From positions 1 to 39,466 of the forward strand of contig JBMFWY010000008.1 of assembly GCA_049964795.1 (NCBI GenBank): a DNA stretch of 39,466 bases, written 5' to 3'. Each line of letters opens with the position of its first letter. The first letter of the stretch is position 1. The notes beneath the pieces are model-generated. The model searched no databases and was not told the origin of the DNA. It was given only the letters and a program-made list of their open reading frames with translations. Made by a program: the position numbers and the translations under genes. Positions 19,305 to 28,431 of this stretch are shown here, piece by piece. The stretch is from Candidatus Micrarchaeia archaeon. GTDB lineage: Archaea; Micrarchaeota; Micrarchaeia; Micrarchaeales; Micrarchaeaceae.

Positions 19305-22300
19305 CTATTGCTGCAATTTTTTGAGTGCAATCTTGATTATTCCTCCTTCTACTTCCAACTCCTTTGCATTGGCTGAATCCGAAATGCTGCTCTGGAAGAG
19401 CACCTTGCGCGAATTTGTAATTTCCTTTATCTTTTCGATGTTCTTCTCTATTGATCCTCTTATCGCCTCGTCTGCCGCTATTTCAACATCGACCTTTTCA
19501 AGTTTTGTGAGCGACATTTCTTTCCTTATCGCTTGAATCAGCCTTGTTATCTCCCTCGCGATCAGCTCCTCTTTTATCTCTTCCGTGACTGAAGTATCAA
19601 TTGTCACAACACCTTTGCCGAACTGCGCTGAATTCTCGCCCAGATGCCTTTTGACGATAGTGTAGTGCTCGGGCTTTATCTCGAAAACGCCTTCTGAGAT
19701 GCTTAAAATAAACCTGCCAGTTTTTTCTGTTTCCTCCAAGACTTTCTGGGGGTCTGAACTTGCAATACCTTTGGCTATAGCCTGCGCATTTGATTTGAAT
19801 TCAGGCCCTATCTTCTGGAATACAGGCTTTATCTCTACCGAAGAGGCACTGCTTTCCCTTACTGAAATCTTTTTGACATTTGCATATTTCTCTATTATTT
19901 GAGAGAGACGCGCAAGGGATTCCACTGCGGCGTTATTGTCGACTTCTATTACAGCTTCCTTCACCGGCTGCTTCAGCTTTATGCCGTTTTTCTCGCGGAG
20001 ATTGAGTATTGAAGCGGAAATGTCCTTCAAAAGTTTGAAATCCTCCTCCGCCTCCTTGTTATAATACTTCTTTGGGATACGAGGCCATTGTGCCTCGAAA
20101 ATGCTTTCACCGTCGCTAAATAGCTCCCTATATATGTATTCGCACGAGAAGGGTATTGCGGGTGAAGCCAATATTAGCGCGTTCTTCAGCACGTAGGAGG
20201 AAAGATTTGCTATTGCCTTGCGTTCTGATTTGCCTGCCGTTGCGGCGCGCTGCTTCGCAAGCTTCAGGTAGAACCTGCTGAAATCTTCTATAAGGAAATC
20301 CCTTACCGCATTTACTGCCGTGTCTATCGAATAGGAATCGAGATCCCTCGAAACGCTTGCTGAAAGGGAATAGAGCTTCGAAAGCAGCCATGCGTCCTCC
20401 TCTGAAAGCTTACCGATTGAGGGCCTGCTTATCCTTCTTAAATCCACATTAGAAAGGGCGGCAAACTCCTTGACCAGATTGCCTATGTTGTACAAGGTCA
20501 GTATGTTCTTTTCCGCTTCCTCGATCTCTCCTCTCTTGAAGCGGATGTCTTGCCATCTTGGATGGCTGGAGCACCACAGCCTGAAGCTATCCGCAGTGAA
20601 TTCGTTCAGCACGTCTTCTGCAGTTATTATATTTCCAAGGTGCCTGTGCATTTCTTCTCCGCGCTCGTTGAGGAATATACCCCCTATTATTATCTCTTTG
20701 AACGGACGTTTTCCGTACACGCCTACGGATGTTTTCAAAAGGGTTGAAAACCACCCCCTAAGCTGATCCTTGCTCTCTGTTATAAAGTCTGCAGGAAACA
20801 GCCTTCCGAATTCCTCATCGCTGAGGCTCGCGGTGTGCGCTATGCCAGAATCATACCATACATCAAAAATATCGCTTATCCTATGCATTGTGCCCCCGCA
20901 TTTGCGGCACTTAAATTCTATTCCATCAACAGAAGGTCGGTGCAAATCCGAAGGTTCCGAAGCTCCTGAACGCTCAGCAAGCTCTTTTGCGGAGCCGATA
21001 ACTTCAATTTCTCCGCAATTGTTGCATGACCATATCGGTATTGGTATATCCCAGTATCTTTGCCTAGATATGACCCAATCCGGGGAGCTTTGCAGGGTTT
21101 CCGCCTGCCATTTCTTGGCCTCCTGCGGATGCCATATTATTTTTTCATTTTCCCTAAGCAGCTTTTTCTTAATTTTCGCAACGTTGATAAACCACTGCTC
21201 GGAAGAGAGAAAGACAAGCTTGCTGCCACAGCGCCAGCAATGGGGATAGCTGTGCCGCACCGTACCGGAGAAAAGCAACGCCCCCTTCTCTTCCAGTGTT
21301 TTTATCAATGCTGTGTTCGCTTCTGCAGGAGCGAGCATGCCCACGAATTTTCCTGCATCCGCGGTATACCTTGCGAATTGGTCCAGAACTGAGAAAACAG
21401 GAATCCTGTTTTTCAGCCCGAGCAAATAGTCTTCCATGCCGTGGCCTGTGGCAACATGCACCAAGCCGGTTCCTTCGGAGAGGGAGACAAATTTCTCGTC
21501 AAGCAAAATCCTGTGGTACTTTCTTAGCCTGACCTGTGCAGGAACCTCTTTTTCTAGGGGACTCAAGTAATGCAGGCCTTCGAGCTCGCTTCCGTAGAAT
21601 TCTTTTGTTACTATTGCATTCTTGCCCGATTCGGCCACGAAATTGTCGAGCCTGTCTTTTGCAAGTATATATGTATTGCCTTCCATTTCAACGGCAACAT
21701 AAAGCGCTTTCGGATTTGCGGCTATGGACATATTTGCGGGTAATGTCCATGGCGTAGTAGTCCACACAAGAAGGCGCGAGCCCTTTGGCAGATCCAGCTT
21801 ATAGCCAAACTTGTGACTTTCATCCGGCGCTACTTCAAAACTCACGTATATGGAAGGATCGGTCTCGTCCTTGTATTCTATCTCTGCACCCTGCAAAGTG
21901 ACCGAAGTTTCGCAATGAGGGCAATAGAGCTGGGGCTTGTACGCCTTGTATACTAACCCTTTCTCGTATAACTTCTTGAAAAGTTGCCATGCCTTGTCCA
22001 TGTAGGGCTTGCTGCTAGGAAGGTAGGGATTTGCAAAATCAAGGGATATACCAAAGCTTTTTGCTATCGCTATCGCTTTCTTTACATTGGTTGTCTCAAA
22101 CTCCTTGCACTCTTCGATGAAACGCCCCACGCCTATTTTCTCTTCTATCTCTGTTTTGGACTTGAGCTGAAGCTTCTCCTCAACCTTGTGCTCTATCGGC
22201 AAACCATGCACGTCAAATCCCGCCCTGTCGTGCACATTGTAGCCCAAAAAGCGCCTGTACCTGAGTACTATGTCTTTTATAGCGTATACCCAGATATGGT

Positions 22301-22448
22301 ACAAGCCCAAGGTCCCGCTTGCATAAGGGGGACCTTCCAAAAAATAGTATTTCTTGCCGCTTTTATTGCGCTCCCTTATCCTGTCGTATACACGGCTTAG
22401 CTCCCAATAGTTGAAAACACTTTCCTCGTTCTTTTTCATGTCCAGCAT
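19305..22448 (-). CDS. ileS: Isoleucine--tRNA ligase (archaeal type) with non-canonical signature motifs
   Basis: GPPYA.G, GFDVHGLPIE, CP1 editing motifs VWTTTPWTLPAN and GTGLVH...HG..D, YPHCWRC, DWVISRQRYW, DQ.RGWF. The HIGH position reads GLYH and the KMSKS position reads EMHRH. Confidence 0.95.
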   Translation of the reverse strand: MLDMKKNEESVFNYWELSRVYDRIRERNKSGKKYYFLEGPPYASGTLGLYHIWVYAIKDIVLRYRRFLGYNVHDRAGFDVHGLPIEHKVEEKLQLKSKTEIEEKIGVGRFIEECKEFETTNVKKAIAIAKSFGISLDFANPYLPSSKPYMDKAWQLFKKLYEKGLVYKAYKPQLYCPHCETSVTLQGAEIEYKDETDPSIYVSFEVAPDESHKFGYKLDLPKGSRLLVWTTTPWTLPANMSIAANPKALYVAVEMEGNTYILAKDRLDNFVAESGKNAIVTKEFYGSELEGLHYLSPLEKEVPAQVRLRKYHRILLDEKFVSLSEGTGLVHVATGHGMEDYLLGLKNRIPVFSVLDQFARYTADAGKFVGMLAPAEANTALIKTLEEKGALLFSGTVRHSYPHCWRCGSKLVFLSSEQWFINVAKIKKKLLRENEKIIWHPQEAKKWQAETLQSSPDWVISRQRYWDIPIPIWSCNNCGEIEVIGSAKELAERSGASEPSDLHRPSVDGIEFKCRKCGGTMHRISDIFDVWYDSGIAHTASLSDEEFGRLFPADFITESKDQLRGWFSTLLKTSVGVYGKRPFKEIIIGGIFLNERGEEMHRHLGNIITAEDVLNEFTADSFRLWCSSHPRWQDIRFKRGEIEEAEKNILTLYNIGNLVKEFAALSNVDLRRISRPSIGKLSEEDAWLLSKLYSLSASVSRDLDSYSIDTAVNAVRDFLIEDFSRFYLKLAKQRAATAGKSERKAIANLSSYVLKNALILASPAIPFSCEYIYRELFSDGESIFEAQWPRIPKKYYNKEAEEDFKLLKDISASILNLREKNGIKLKQPVKEAVIEVDNNAAVESLARLSQIIEKYANVKKISVRESSASSVEIKPVFQKIGPEFKSNAQAIAKGIASSDPQKVLEETEKTGRFILSISEGVFEIKPEHYTIVKRHLGENSAQFGKGVVTIDTSVTEEIKEELIAREITRLIQAIRKEMSLTKLEKVDVEIAADEAIRGSIEKNIEKIKEITNSRKVLFQSSISDSANAKELEVEGGIIKIALKKLQQ

Positions 22449-22591
22449 AACTGCACCTTCAAAAGCTTCCTGCTTCCCAGATTTGAATTAGGCAATTGAA
22501 ATACATGCAAAGACGACCTCGCTGCTTAGAGCAACAAGGCATTATATCTTATATCTTCAAGAATAATATCTTTATAGATTCCCTTCAATGC

Positions 22592-23176
22592 ATGGCGAGA
22601 CCCTTGGCAAATGCACATGTTGCAGAAAGCTATGAGGGCACGGACACGTATAAACATATAGACAGGATTATACGCAAAGGCACTGGCACGCTCCTTATCA
22701 TAACACCTTTTATAGGTCCTTCATATGCAAACATGCTCTGGAAACAAGCAGGCAAAAAGGAAGTGTATCTTGTTATATCCAACTCTAAGATAAATGCAAA
22801 GGCATGGAAATTGTTTACACGTGGAAGACGCGGCGCATATGTTAGGCCTATAGCTTATTTTGCTGCTCTTTCTGCAATCCTTTTTTATTTTAAAATCGAG
22901 GCATTTGCTGTGCTAACTATTGCATTGACAATTGTGCTGCTCGCAATCGTGATTGCCAAAAAAGGCAAAAGAAAGAATCTGCATGTGAAAGTTTCGGACA
23001 AGCTATTCATACATGAGAAGCTTTACATTTCAGATGAAGAAGCAATAACAGGAAGCGCAAATCTCACCTTTGGCGGCACGCACAAGAACTTGGAGCAGAT
23101 ATCAATAACCAAGGATCCAGAGGAGATAAAAAGGTTAAAGGAGCACTTCTGGAGTGTATGGGGAAAACACCACTAA
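22592..23176 (+). CDS. Phospholipase D-family protein (single HKD motif) with an inserted TM hairpin
   Basis: IITPFI, HEKLYISD (HxKx4D), GSANLT and N.E; hydrophobic segment AYFAALSAILFYFKIEAFAVLTIALTIVLLAIVIA. Confidence 0.85.
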   Translation: MARPLANAHVAESYEGTDTYKHIDRIIRKGTGTLLIITPFIGPSYANMLWKQAGKKEVYLVISNSKINAKAWKLFTRGRRGAYVRPIAYFAALSAILFYFKIEAFAVLTIALTIVLLAIVIAKKGKRKNLHVKVSDKLFIHEKLYISDEEAITGSANLTFGGTHKNLEQISITKDPEEIKRLKEHFWSVWGKHH

Positions 23177-23379
23177 AAAATTTGACTTTAGGATAAAGGT
23201 TGCAATACAACAACAGTAGCTTGTTGAAACGATACCTTTATAAATAGAAGAACAATTTTTCTAGAAAGCTTTTAGAAAGTTCCACAAAAGCTTTAAATAT
23301 GAATAGCTACGGAATTAATAGCGAGTAAAAGAGTGGGATGAGAAAAAGAAAAAGGTGGAGATGGGATAAAGTGGGGGAA

Positions 23380-23658
23380 ATGGCCAAAACCGAAGTTGTA
23401 GATGAGCGGAGGGTGGCTAAGGAACTAACAAGGGAAGAGATAAGGGAAAAAATGATAGATGCCCTGAAAGACAGCAACTTCACGGAAGTATTCGAGAGCG
23501 GAGATATAAAAGTGGACGGGGCCGCAGGAGCTGCACTGAAGGCAGTACTGAGTGAAAAAGCGGCTGAGTACGCAGCAAAGGCAATAAAGCTCGCGAAGAA
23601 AAGAAGGATGAAGTTCGGGGCAGCAGCAATAATAATAGCAACGAGGAGAGAGGAGTAA
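23380..23658 (+). CDS. Divergent histone-fold protein with N-terminal extension (92 aa)
   Basis: KVDGAAGAALKAVLSEKAAEYAAKAIKLAKKRRMKFGAAAIIIATRR aligns with the L1-alpha2-L2-alpha3 region of HMf-type archaeal histones; own promoter-like region and terminator. Confidence 0.65.
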   Translation: MAKTEVVDERRVAKELTREEIREKMIDALKDSNFTEVFESGDIKVDGAAGAALKAVLSEKAAEYAAKAIKLAKKRRMKFGAAAIIIATRREE

Positions 23659-23676
23659 AGAGAAGGAGCCACAAGT

Positions 23677-23705
23677 AAAGGGAGCAGCCGCCCTTTTTAT
23701 TTTTT
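23677..23705 (+). terminator. Hairpin plus oligo-T terminator after the histone-like gene
   Basis: AAAGGG-AGCAGCCG-CCCTTT followed by TTATTTTTT. Confidence 0.55.
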
Positions 23706-23783
23706 GTTTATCCGCAAGGCATTTTGTGCATTTGCTTGCCGTTGCCTTGCGCATTGTTCTATTTTTCCGCGCCGGATGAAGCG

Positions 23784-24512
23784 CTATTCCGTTTCCGTTT
23801 TTCTGCTTTTTATTGCGTTTCCGGCTTTGAGCCTTGCACGCATATCAAGCATGGACCTCACAAAGTATACTAGGTCTGAAGATCGCACTTTTGTGTTTTC
23901 TTGTTCTTTCCATTCAACAGGCATCTCGTAAATCTTCAGGTGTTTCCTCTGCGCTATTACAAGCATTTCTGAATCGAAGAACCAGTGGTTATCCATTATG
24001 TTTTTATACTCCTTCTTTATGAATGAAGAGTCCCAAAATTTGAAGCCACACTGGTGATCCCTTATCTTAGAGCCCAGCAGCACGCGCATCAGAATATTGA
24101 ATACTACGCTTTCGATGAGCCGCTTTGGGCTTCTGGAAGCCTTTGATCCTTTTGAATATCTTGAGCCCACAACCACAGGATTGCCCGCTTCCACCATCTC
24201 TACTGCCTTGGCCAAGTAGGGTAATGGAACGGCAAGGTCTATATCCATATAACCTATCACCCTGCCTTGTGCAACGCTTATTGCATGCTTTAGCGCGCCT
24301 CCTCTGCCAAGCCTTTTTGGAGAAGAGAGGAAAATGACATTTGGAAGTTTCGCAAATTTGCGCGCATACTCTTTCGTGCAATCTTTGGAGCCATCTTCGG
24401 CTATTATAACCTCCGAGTCTCCTATCTTCTTCAGTTCCTTATATATTGCAGGAAAGTTTTTTCGCAGGTTTTCGCACTCGTTGTAAATAGGCAGTATCAA
24501 GCTGAACCTCAT
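23784..24512 (-). CDS. Glycosyltransferase family 2 (dolichyl-phosphate glycosyltransferase-like)
   Basis: LILPIYNE, AEDGSKD.T, GRGGA, YMDIDLA, VVGSRY, DHQCGFK and WFFD.E.L. Start 24512 or 24521. Confidence 0.92.
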   Translation of the reverse strand: MRFSLILPIYNECENLRKNFPAIYKELKKIGDSEVIIAEDGSKDCTKEYARKFAKLPNVIFLSSPKRLGRGGALKHAISVAQGRVIGYMDIDLAVPLPYLAKAVEMVEAGNPVVVGSRYSKGSKASRSPKRLIESVVFNILMRVLLGSKIRDHQCGFKFWDSSFIKKEYKNIMDNHWFFDSEMLVIAQRKHLKIYEMPVEWKEQENTKVRSSDLVYFVRSMLDMRARLKAGNAIKSRKTETE

Positions 24513-24698
24513 TTCTATCATCAAAATTTTTAAGGCAAAACGCAAATAATGGGAGTTTGCCAATAAAAGCTATAAAATTCCGCTGATTTGAAAACTGCAA
24601 ATGTTATGCACAGTGCTCCGTTCAGCACTATAAAACAAGAACATGATGCAATTGATAAGTATTTATTTGTTTTCAAACTTATCTTACTGCGTGCCGAT

Positions 24699-24784
24699 GC
24701 GACTGTAGTCTAGCCTGGTAGGACTCTGGCCTTCCAGCTTCGAGAGGAAAGCCAATGACCCGGGTTCAAATCCCGGCAGTCGCA
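24699..24784 (+). tRNA. tRNA-Gly (TCC) with a 13-nt intron at position 37/38 (24737-24749)
   Basis: Acceptor GCGACTG/CAGTCGC; D-arm GTCT/GGAC; anticodon arm CTGGC-CT-TCC-A[GCTTCGAGAGGAA]A-GCCAA; T-arm CCGGG-TTCAAAT-CCCGG; central splice helix CTTC/GAGG; CCA not encoded. Confidence 0.88.
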
Positions 24785-24866
24785 ATTTTGCGTTTGAAAG
24801 TTTGCAATAATGCCAGCGCAAGGATAATAAATCTTTCAAAATATATTTTGTGTAATTTTAACAAAT

Positions 24867-24939
24867 GCGACCGTAGTCTAGCCTGGTAGGACACGGCCTT
24901 GCCAAGGCCGCAACCCGGGTTCAAATCCCGGCAGTCGCA
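24867..24939 (+). tRNA. tRNA-Gly (GCC)
   Basis: Acceptor GCGACCG/CAGTCGC (C6-A67 mismatch); anticodon arm CGGCC-TT-GCC-AA-GGCCG; T-arm CCGGG-TTCAAAT-CCCGG; discriminator A. Confidence 0.93.
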
Positions 24940-25233
24940 CTTGTGCTTTAACAATGAAGCTGTTTATTTGAATGACGCCGAATTTTAGATTTGCGCAATA
25001 CTAGAGCAGGATTCCTATCGGCAAACAAAGTTTGTCGAAATTTTATAGAAGGTAAAGCTGCCAAACTTCTATAAGGGGAATTACGCAACGCCTTAAAAAA
25101 AAAGGTCTGCTTAATTACCTGAGAAGCATTTCGCATGCGAAAGCGGGCATTGCCGTTGAAGCGAGAAGCCCCAAACCGCTAAACAAGGCAGAAGCCATGT
25201 CCGCAGAAGAGGTGTAGTTCACTAAATAATAAC

Positions 25234-27570
25234 TTAAGCTTTTGAAAACGTTATGTTGTCAAAGTATACAACGCCTCCGCCCAAAGTATAGTTTTGAGGA
25301 AGATAGAATAGCAGAGTATTGCCCTGCGGACCTGAAATAAGCGTGGCGTTTGCGGTGTAGTATCTCGGTACGCTTGTCACGTTGGCTTGCGCGATATTCT
25401 GGTAGCCGCTGCCGTATTGTTTTGCAATGTAAACTTTTGCATTTCCGGAATTTGTAAATGCTTCGAACCTTATTGTTGTATTTATAGTCCCCGTATAGCC
25501 TGCCAGCGCTTTGGAAAGCGATGAGTTTGTGCGGTATGGTGCATATACTGTTATTACGCCCTGTTCTGAATTGCCCGTAATTGGCACCCATACTATTTGG
25601 GCACTACCGTTTATCGGCACTGTTTCAGGAGTCCATGAAAGTAGATAGGGATATGCGACATAACTCTTGAACAGGTTTGCCCTTGTGGCGTTTGCTGTAT
25701 CATACGCAATAGTCTTGTTGCCAACATATACAGGAGCACCGAAGATGCTTGTAGTGTACTGCAAAAGTGTGTTAAGTTGTGAGGAGTTGTATGCATTCTT
25801 CAATATTACAACAAAGCCGGCTTGATAATTGAATAGAGTCATCAGTGTTTCGTTTCCCAGGTTCTGAGTTACTGGCGAGGGATAAGAGCTCTTTACGCCT
25901 TCCGCGAGAAGCGTCGACTGGACTGCAAGCGGTATATTGTATACCGAAAGCTGCATTGTCGTGTTGCCTCTTGTCACATATCCGCCTATAGTAGGTTTGC
26001 CCGAAACTGAGGCGAAGTATTCTTCCATGCCAGGATACAGTTCTGGCGACGAGCTTGTCTGGATTGGAAGGGCAGGCAATTGCAAAATTGAAAAGTTGCC
26101 AGTTACATTCTTCAGCTCATAGTACAGCTTTGGCACTGAAATATGAGAAGAAGTGTACGATGTCAAAAGTGCGTTTGTCTGAAACGCGTTGTTTTCAACG
26201 ATGAATAGCAAGAATATTATACCTACTATTAAGAATTGTTTTGAAAAGATGGTGTTTTTGCCGCTCTGGTGGGCTTCTGGCTTGTGCGATATCGTGCCTT
26301 CCTTATCGAGTAGCTCTTTTACGCCAATCGCTGCAAGCATCGAAGTGGCGATTGTAAGTACCAAGTCAAACCTCGCGGGCTCCCTTACAATATTGAGCAG
26401 CGGAATATGGTGGTAAAGCAGGAACAGTTCTGGGAAAGAGGTTAGCTGACCATTGAACTGCAGGTAGGGTCCGAGCGATAGCCACCCGAATAGCACGCCT
26501 AGTGTAAGCCAAAGGGCTGTGCCCTTCTTTTTCTTGTATACGGCGTAAGCAGAAAGTAGTAATACAGTATAGCTTATATATGATACCCTCTGCCCCAAGT
26601 CCGGAGCGTATATCTTGAAGTAAGAAAGAGAGAGCGTGTTAAATATGCCGTTATAGAAGCTTGGTAGGAAAAATGAGAGTAGGTCATCGCTCCATACTTC
26701 GTTATTTTGCACCGCGTTTAGATAATTGATGGCACCTGAGGAAGAACCGCTGAAGAGCGTGTGAGCTATTGGTATGAAGCCCCATGCGCCAGTAACAAGC
26801 ATTACTGCTATGGCTATTGCAATCCCAGACCAGAATTTCAGGTTCAAAACGCTGCGCCTGTGCTCTTTGCTAATCATGTAGTATGCCAGCACAGCCAGCA
26901 ACATGTCAAAAGTTATGACAAGCATCTCTGGGGTGCTCATAAAAGCTACAAGCATCAAAGAAACGCCTAAACCCAGCGATGAGAGCAGGAGAGGCTTCTT
27001 GTTGTGCTTGGTGCTTTCTTCGGCTATCATCAAAAAGAAAAGGAACGCGAGAGGCACCCATTCCAAATTAGACAGGTCCAGCTCACCAAAGGCGCTTGCT
27101 ATGTGGAAGGCGCTAAAAGAGAAGGCAAGACCCGCGATGAAAGCCGCGTACTTGTTTTTTACTATGTGGTCTGCAAGCAGGAACATCGTGAGTCCGCACA
27201 ACATAAAGGAAAGGAAAAATAGCACGTTAAACGCGAATACTGTGCTTATTGATTGAAAAGGAAGCGAAATCAGCGCCGCTATTGGCGACATTGTTTGATA
27301 GACAAGATTTGCGCCAAGAGGCCAAAATATCAGGTTTGTATAGAAAATGTTTTTGCCGTTAAACAGCGCGTACTTGATCCACCACAAATTCCAAAGATTC
27401 TGATAAACGTCTCCGCCTGCGCCATTGGCCACAGTAGAAGGATGCGCTAGTATTGCAGGAAACATTACCATAGCTAGCGCCAAATACACTAGCGAGGCAA
27501 AAATATACGCTTTGTATTTTCCTAGGAACTTAAAACTTCTGGAATTGCTTTCATGGTTAATATGCTGCAT
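25234..27570 (-). CDS. Multi-pass membrane protein, GT-C/YfhO-like glycosyltransferase with an extracellular C-terminus
   Basis: GD..QNLWNLWW, IFWPLG.NL, AG..FSFSAFH, YISY, SLGP, REPARF and GGYVTR; more than 10 TM helices; Asn/Thr-rich tail. Start ATG 27570 after GGGTG (alternative 27600). Confidence 0.75.
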   Translation of the reverse strand: MQHINHESNSRSFKFLGKYKAYIFASLVYLALAMVMFPAILAHPSTVANGAGGDVYQNLWNLWWIKYALFNGKNIFYTNLIFWPLGANLVYQTMSPIAALISLPFQSISTVFAFNVLFFLSFMLCGLTMFLLADHIVKNKYAAFIAGLAFSFSAFHIASAFGELDLSNLEWVPLAFLFFLMIAEESTKHNKKPLLLSSLGLGVSLMLVAFMSTPEMLVITFDMLLAVLAYYMISKEHRRSVLNLKFWSGIAIAIAVMLVTGAWGFIPIAHTLFSGSSSGAINYLNAVQNNEVWSDDLLSFFLPSFYNGIFNTLSLSYFKIYAPDLGQRVSYISYTVLLLSAYAVYKKKKGTALWLTLGVLFGWLSLGPYLQFNGQLTSFPELFLLYHHIPLLNIVREPARFDLVLTIATSMLAAIGVKELLDKEGTISHKPEAHQSGKNTIFSKQFLIVGIIFLLFIVENNAFQTNALLTSYTSSHISVPKLYYELKNVTGNFSILQLPALPIQTSSSPELYPGMEEYFASVSGKPTIGGYVTRGNTTMQLSVYNIPLAVQSTLLAEGVKSSYPSPVTQNLGNETLMTLFNYQAGFVVILKNAYNSSQLNTLLQYTTSIFGAPVYVGNKTIAYDTANATRANLFKSYVAYPYLLSWTPETVPINGSAQIVWVPITGNSEQGVITVYAPYRTNSSLSKALAGYTGTINTTIRFEAFTNSGNAKVYIAKQYGSGYQNIAQANVTSVPRYYTANATLISGPQGNTLLFYLPQNYTLGGGVVYFDNITFSKA

Positions 27571-27699
27571 TGCACCCGCTTCTGTCGTCCAAACCACCAT
27601 TTGAATTTTAAGTGAAACAAGATAGACAATAATGTATAATAACTATTATAACCATTGTTTAGCGCGCAAAGTTTTTAGTGCTTGGCATCCATCCGAGGC

Positions 27700-28431
27700 T
27701 CAGGAGAAAACCGCGCGCTTTAGTATCTCCTTGCCTATCATATCTCCGGCACTTTCCTCAGGTAGTATTACCCTAGAAACACCGGCCTTGCTTATCTTTG
27801 GAAGGTTCTCTATTTTCTTCGCGCGAGATATTACTTTAATTCCCTTGTTGACAGATTTTGCGGTAACTGCTATTAGGGTATTGAGCGTGTCGTCATTGCT
27901 GCAAGCCACTACATGCGAGGCTTTTTCTATGCCGGCGATTTGCATCGCTCCCACAGAGCCGATTGGGCTAAGAATTGAGGTGTAGCCGCGGTTCCTCAAG
28001 GCATCGACTGCTGATCTGTCATCAGATATTACGACGAAACGCACCTTTGCTGAATCCAATTCCCTAATAAGCGCTTCTGCAAAGCTGTTGTAAGGGGTAA
28101 TTATTACATGCCCAGAGAGTCTCCTTATGTGCGAGGCTACAAGCTTGTCGCTTATGTTTATAGATTTGATTATGCTATAAAACCAGCTTGCCAGGAAAAA
28201 TGCAAGCAATACAAATATTATCGAATCTGCGAAATCTGCAGCGACAAGATATGGATTATTTATGTTGCTGATGTGCATCGCGGAGTAGGCAATACCAAGC
28301 ACATTCAGCAAATTCCATACCAATGCGAGCGCAAAGCTCATGCCAGACAGCAAGGCGAGAAGCATCGAAGCGAGGAATAGCAGCAATGCTATTGACACAA
28401 GCATGCCCTCCCTTTGACCTATCGAAGCCAT
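27700..28431 (-). CDS. Two-TM channel-like protein with a TrkA-N/RCK domain and degenerate filter
   Basis: LSGHVII, AGIEKA, DD..N.LI..TAK, VISRA and AG...VI.PE. The pore-loop position reads NVLGIAYS. Confidence 0.8.
   Translation of the reverse strand: MASIGQREGMLVSIALLLFLASMLLALLSGMSFALALVWNLLNVLGIAYSAMHISNINNPYLVAADFADSIIFVLLAFFLASWFYSIIKSINISDKLVASHIRRLSGHVIITPYNSFAEALIRELDSAKVRFVVISDDRSAVDALRNRGYTSILSPIGSVGAMQIAGIEKASHVVACSNDDTLNTLIAVTAKSVNKGIKVISRAKKIENLPKISKAGVSRVILPEESAGDMIGKEILKRAVFS

Noticed and set aside
24699-24784. Reading the first tRNA as Trp(CCA) or as a long-variable-arm tRNA
   Set aside because: Stem register against the neighbouring tRNA-Gly places TCC at 34-36, and the extra 13 nt fit a 37/38 intron.
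24758-24939. 27-bp direct repeat of a tRNA 3' end as attL/attR of an integrated element
   Set aside because: Both copies belong to complete tRNA-Gly genes only 82 bp apart, and there is no integrase or cargo.
24940-25233. Possible ncRNA in the GC-richer part of this intergenic gap
   Set aside because: No SRP, RNase P, C/D box or stable long stem pattern recognised; could be a gene relic.
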